Part shown: positions 25,944-28,418 of the stretch, piece by piece
Layout: each line of letters opens with the position of its first letter
Position numbering within the stretch: the first letter of the stretch is position 1
From: a virus
Taxonomy: Duplodnaviria > Caudoviricetes
Virus record (IMG/VR): IMGVR_UViG_3300033562_000553
Location: 1-28,418 of that record
Reading direction: 5' to 3' (one strand)
Length of the DNA: 28,418 nt
Translations under genes and position numbers: made by a program
Notes under the pieces: model-generated
Database searches by the model: none
The model's input: only the letters and a program-made list of their open reading frames with translations
What the model was told of the DNA's origin: nothing

Positions 25944-26375
25944 TCAACCTCCGCAATGTACAATTGTGTGTGTTACTTCTTCCATTGCCTTCACTGTTAT
26001 GTACTTGCAGTTAGCAAAGGTACCAAAAACAACTATACGTATATCGTAAGCATTGTACTGAAACGTTACGTCTACACTGGACTCTGTGAGCGTTGACTTA
26101 ACGTCGGCTTCTACGGGTATCTCTAGCAGATCACATATTTCTTCTATGAAGATATTTGTTGCCTTCTGAGAGTTATTGTGCTCTACGCTTACATCTACCC
26201 AGCGATAAAATAAGTACAGCGACTTCTGTGTCCAGTTAGGAATATTACAGCTATAGGGCTTTCTGTGTCTGAGCTTCATGAGTAACGCGTCTAGTATGTA
26301 CGCGCTATTCATATCATCTTTATATCGCTGTTTAACAATATCAGCTTGTGTTTGAGCAGGAAGTGTTAATATCAT
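25944..26375 (-). CDS. Hypothetical protein
   Basis: AGGAG RBS, ATGA overlap, 143 aa. Confidence 0.75.
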   Translation of the reverse strand: MILTLPAQTQADIVKQRYKDDMNSAYILDALLMKLRHRKPYSCNIPNWTQKSLYLFYRWVDVSVEHNNSQKATNIFIEEICDLLEIPVEADVKSTLTESSVDVTFQYNAYDIRIVVFGTFANCKYITVKAMEEVTHTIVHCGG

Positions 26376-26560
26376 GGCTGCTCCTGCTTAACCGTCAATG
26401 ACTTAATTAGTTCTTGCAGCGCGCGACCCGCGTTTTCAAAATCCGACTCAATCTCATCACATTCTTCCGGACATCGCGAGCCTCTCCAACTGTTCTCAAT
26501 CGCACATGTAGTATAACGTGCTATAAGCCTATTCAGCTTCTTGGCTTCTTTTTTTGTCAT
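26372..26560 (-). CDS. Hypothetical protein
   Basis: Start reassigned to ATG 26560 (GGAGG RBS, ATGA overlap). Confidence 0.7.
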   Translation of the reverse strand: MTKKEAKKLNRLIARYTTCAIENSWRGSRCPEECDEIESDFENAGRALQELIKSLTVKQEQP

Positions 26561-26772
26561 TTCTTGGCCTCCCATGTGTACACCATCACTTTACGTAACT
26601 TAGCATACCGGTACTGTACGCTTTCACCAGGAAAGTCGGAAGGGCTACAATATCTTCCATGGTAGCGACTTGAGACGTCATTAAGTACGAAGTCTTTATT
26701 AGCTTCAATGTCTGCTAAAAGTGCAGCTTGGCTTTTGTAGTCCCGCCCATACGCGGGCGTAAGAGTTGGCAT
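26557..26772 (-). CDS. Conserved phage early protein (LTPAYGRDYKS family)
   Basis: Start reassigned to ATG 26772 (GGAGG RBS); LTPAYGRDYKS...KDF...RY..LRKV motif. Confidence 0.8.
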   Translation of the reverse strand: MPTLTPAYGRDYKSQAALLADIEANKDFVLNDVSSRYHGRYCSPSDFPGESVQYRYAKLRKVMVYTWEAKK

Positions 26773-26785
26773 CTTGTCCTCCCGT

Positions 26786-26950
26786 CTATGATAATGTGTA
26801 CTGGCGATACATCCGCTCAATTTTAGTGTATGAGCACGTGTTGGCTATCATTGTTGCGACAGCCTCTATAGTGTCTACGTTTTCTTTAGTCCTCTGGCTC
26901 GTGTAGTACGTAGTAAGAAACAACGTGTTAAAGAAAAATAAAGTGGTCAT
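26786..26950 (-). CDS. 54-aa first gene of the accessory operon (MTTLFFFNTLFL...)
   Basis: GGGAGG RBS directly downstream of the promoter; not in the ORF track. Confidence 0.65.
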   Translation of the reverse strand: MTTLFFFNTLFLTTYYTSQRTKENVDTIEAVATMIANTCSYTKIERMYRQYTLS

Positions 26951-27001
26951 CGGTGCCTCCCTGTTATGTTGTGTTAATCATTAACCTCAATACATAATAA
27001 T

Positions 27002-27030
27002 AATATATCATCATTATTTATAAAAGTAAA
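27002..27030 (-). promoter_or_regulatory. sigma70-type early promoter
   Basis: On the - strand TTTACT - 17 nt - TATATT with an extended -10 TG, in an AT-rich intergenic gap. Confidence 0.75.
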
Positions 27031-27058
27031 CGATTATTTTCGCGACCTGCGCCGGGCT

Positions 27059-27490
27059 TTATAGGCCCCACACTTCTTCAGTAACCGCGTTGTATCTCAC
27101 ATTACGCTCTCTGAACATTTCTCTGGCTGTTATCATACTGTCTTTCCATGAAGACTCTTCTGGAATATCAAAGCACGATATAGAGAGAACGTCATGTTGG
27201 AGTAACGCACCCGCACATTGTGAACACGGATGCGCTCCCCAGACATACACATTTATAAAACCAGTGTACTGTAGACGTAATAGCGCGTTGATTTCAGCGT
27301 GAATCATTTTCAAATTCTTTGCACTAGAAAATGTGTCAGGCAGGCCACGCGGGAAGCCATTATAACCAGTAGCTAATATGTGGTTATTCACACTGGTTAT
27401 AACGCACCCGACTTTTCTCTGTGGGTCTTTACTCCATGATGCCACTTCCGCCGCTATCTTCATCATTCTCTTTGACCACTTGTCCTGCAT
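27059..27490 (-). CDS. dCMP deaminase
   Basis: WSKDP..KVGC, TGYNGFPRG, HAEINAL and PCSQC Zn-binding motifs. Confidence 0.93.
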   Translation of the reverse strand: MQDKWSKRMMKIAAEVASWSKDPQRKVGCVITSVNNHILATGYNGFPRGLPDTFSSAKNLKMIHAEINALLRLQYTGFINVYVWGAHPCSQCAGALLQHDVLSISCFDIPEESSWKDSMITAREMFRERNVRYNAVTEEVWGL

Positions 27491-27512
27491 GTCTTAGCCT
27501 CCTATGCCTATA

Positions 27513-28418
27513 CTAGTAATGCGTTTCGTCTCTCAAGTAGTCGAGAAGAGCTTGTTGAGTTAATCCTTTCTCGGCGATTACTCTTGTCACTTTGTCATCT
27601 ATGGTATTTTTTACTACTAGGTGATGAATAGCAACGCCAAACTTCTGTCCTTGTCTATGGAGGCGCTTGTTGAACTGTTGATAAATTTCTAAGCTCCATG
27701 TCTGGCAGTACCATACTACATTACATCCACCAGTTTGCAAATTCACGCCATGAGATATGGAAGCTGGGTGACATAGTAGTAGCGGTATTTTTCCTAAGTT
27801 CCAGTCTTTGATATACCGTGTCGCATCTTCTGGTTTAGTTCCACCAGCTATAACAGGCGCGTCAGGAAATTCTTTTTTCAGTACTTCTACTTCGTACTTA
27901 TACTGTATGGCACAGAGGATCGGCTGGCCAATCTCTTCCATAAGTTCCTTAAGTCTGTCAAGCTTAGCAGTGTGTAATGGAGTAGTCGCGCGTACGTACT
28001 TTCCATTTGGCAAGACCTCTTCTGTGTTGTAATAAATAAAGCCTTGCAGAAACTGTCTCAACTTCTGGCTAAGCGTCGCTGCATTTAACGCGGTATGATC
28101 TACGTTGTTGATGTTAAGTAGAAACTCTTTTTTGAACTTCTTGTACATTACCATAAGCTTGTCAGATAGTGTTACAGGAATATAGTTGTACACTATCTCA
28201 GGCAATTCACTATAGTCTTTGGCGTCTAGTCGAAAGGTGCACGGAGCTACACGTTTATGAATTGCTTCATCCATGTTGGGCTTAATGAGATAGGTGTAAG
28301 CATTAAACGGATCCGCGTCAAAATGAGTATGCCTGTAAAAGCTATACTCTGTCCCTAGTGTAGCACCGTCTGTCAATATGTAATACTGAGACCATAAGTC
28401 TAATAGCGAGTTAGGCGC
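27513..28418 (-). CDS. SNF2-family (SF2) helicase, C-terminal part (5' truncated by window)
   Basis: Open to the window edge (APNSLLDLWSQY); KLRQ, HPASISHGVNLQ and QFNKRLHRQGQ motifs. Confidence 0.95.
   Translation of the reverse strand, partial: APNSLLDLWSQYYILTDGATLGTEYSFYRHTHFDADPFNAYTYLIKPNMDEAIHKRVAPCTFRLDAKDYSELPEIVYNYIPVTLSDKLMVMYKKFKKEFLLNINNVDHTALNAATLSQKLRQFLQGFIYYNTEEVLPNGKYVRATTPLHTAKLDRLKELMEEIGQPILCAIQYKYEVEVLKKEFPDAPVIAGGTKPEDATRYIKDWNLGKIPLLLCHPASISHGVNLQTGGCNVVWYCQTWSLEIYQQFNKRLHRQGQKFGVAIHHLVVKNTIDDKVTRVIAEKGLTQQALLDYLRDETHY

Noticed and set aside
27501-27517. CCTATGCCTATACTAG resembling CCTATGTATACTAG at 14385-14398
   Set aside because: Short, gapped match in CTAG-rich sequence; insufficient support.
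14858-28032. + strand ORFs in the right arm (e.g. 19299..19793, 22882..23337)
   Set aside because: All are antisense to well-supported - strand genes.
1-28418. Stop-codon reassignment as an explanation for the broken genes
   Set aside because: TAG, TAA and TGA all end well-supported genes, and the breaks are frame changes rather than in-frame stops.
1-28418. DGR, retron, CRISPR array, tRNA or integrase
   Set aside because: No reverse transcriptase or recombinase motifs, adenine-variable repeat pair, spaced repeat array or cloverleaf were seen.

Overview
Fragment of a tailed dsDNA phage (siphovirus-type) genome with two convergent arms. The + strand (1-14311) carries an intact tail morphogenesis operon: end of the major tail tube gene, tail assembly chaperones joined by a -1 frameshift, a 1470-aa tape measure protein, and a YuA/D3112/GTA-like tail tip module (DUF2460-like, DUF2163/gpL-like, NlpC/P60, gpJ-like tip). 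The - strand (14395-28418) carries the end of a SNF2 helicase, a dCMP deaminase, and, behind a sigma70-like promoter, a ~12.6 kb string of about 35 small accessory genes ending in a DHH phosphoesterase. Features worth follow-up are a (GT)8 tract that could toggle between stop, coupling and fusion of two genes; four accessory genes broken by single-base losses, including a secreted protein with a GCFI+TM tail and a Gly/aromatic pentapeptide-repeat protein; a repeated palindromic intergenic element; several paralog sets; and a compositional break inside the tape measure gene. All family assignments are by motif recognition and gene order, not database search. I found no CRISPR array, tRNA, reverse transcriptase or integrase.
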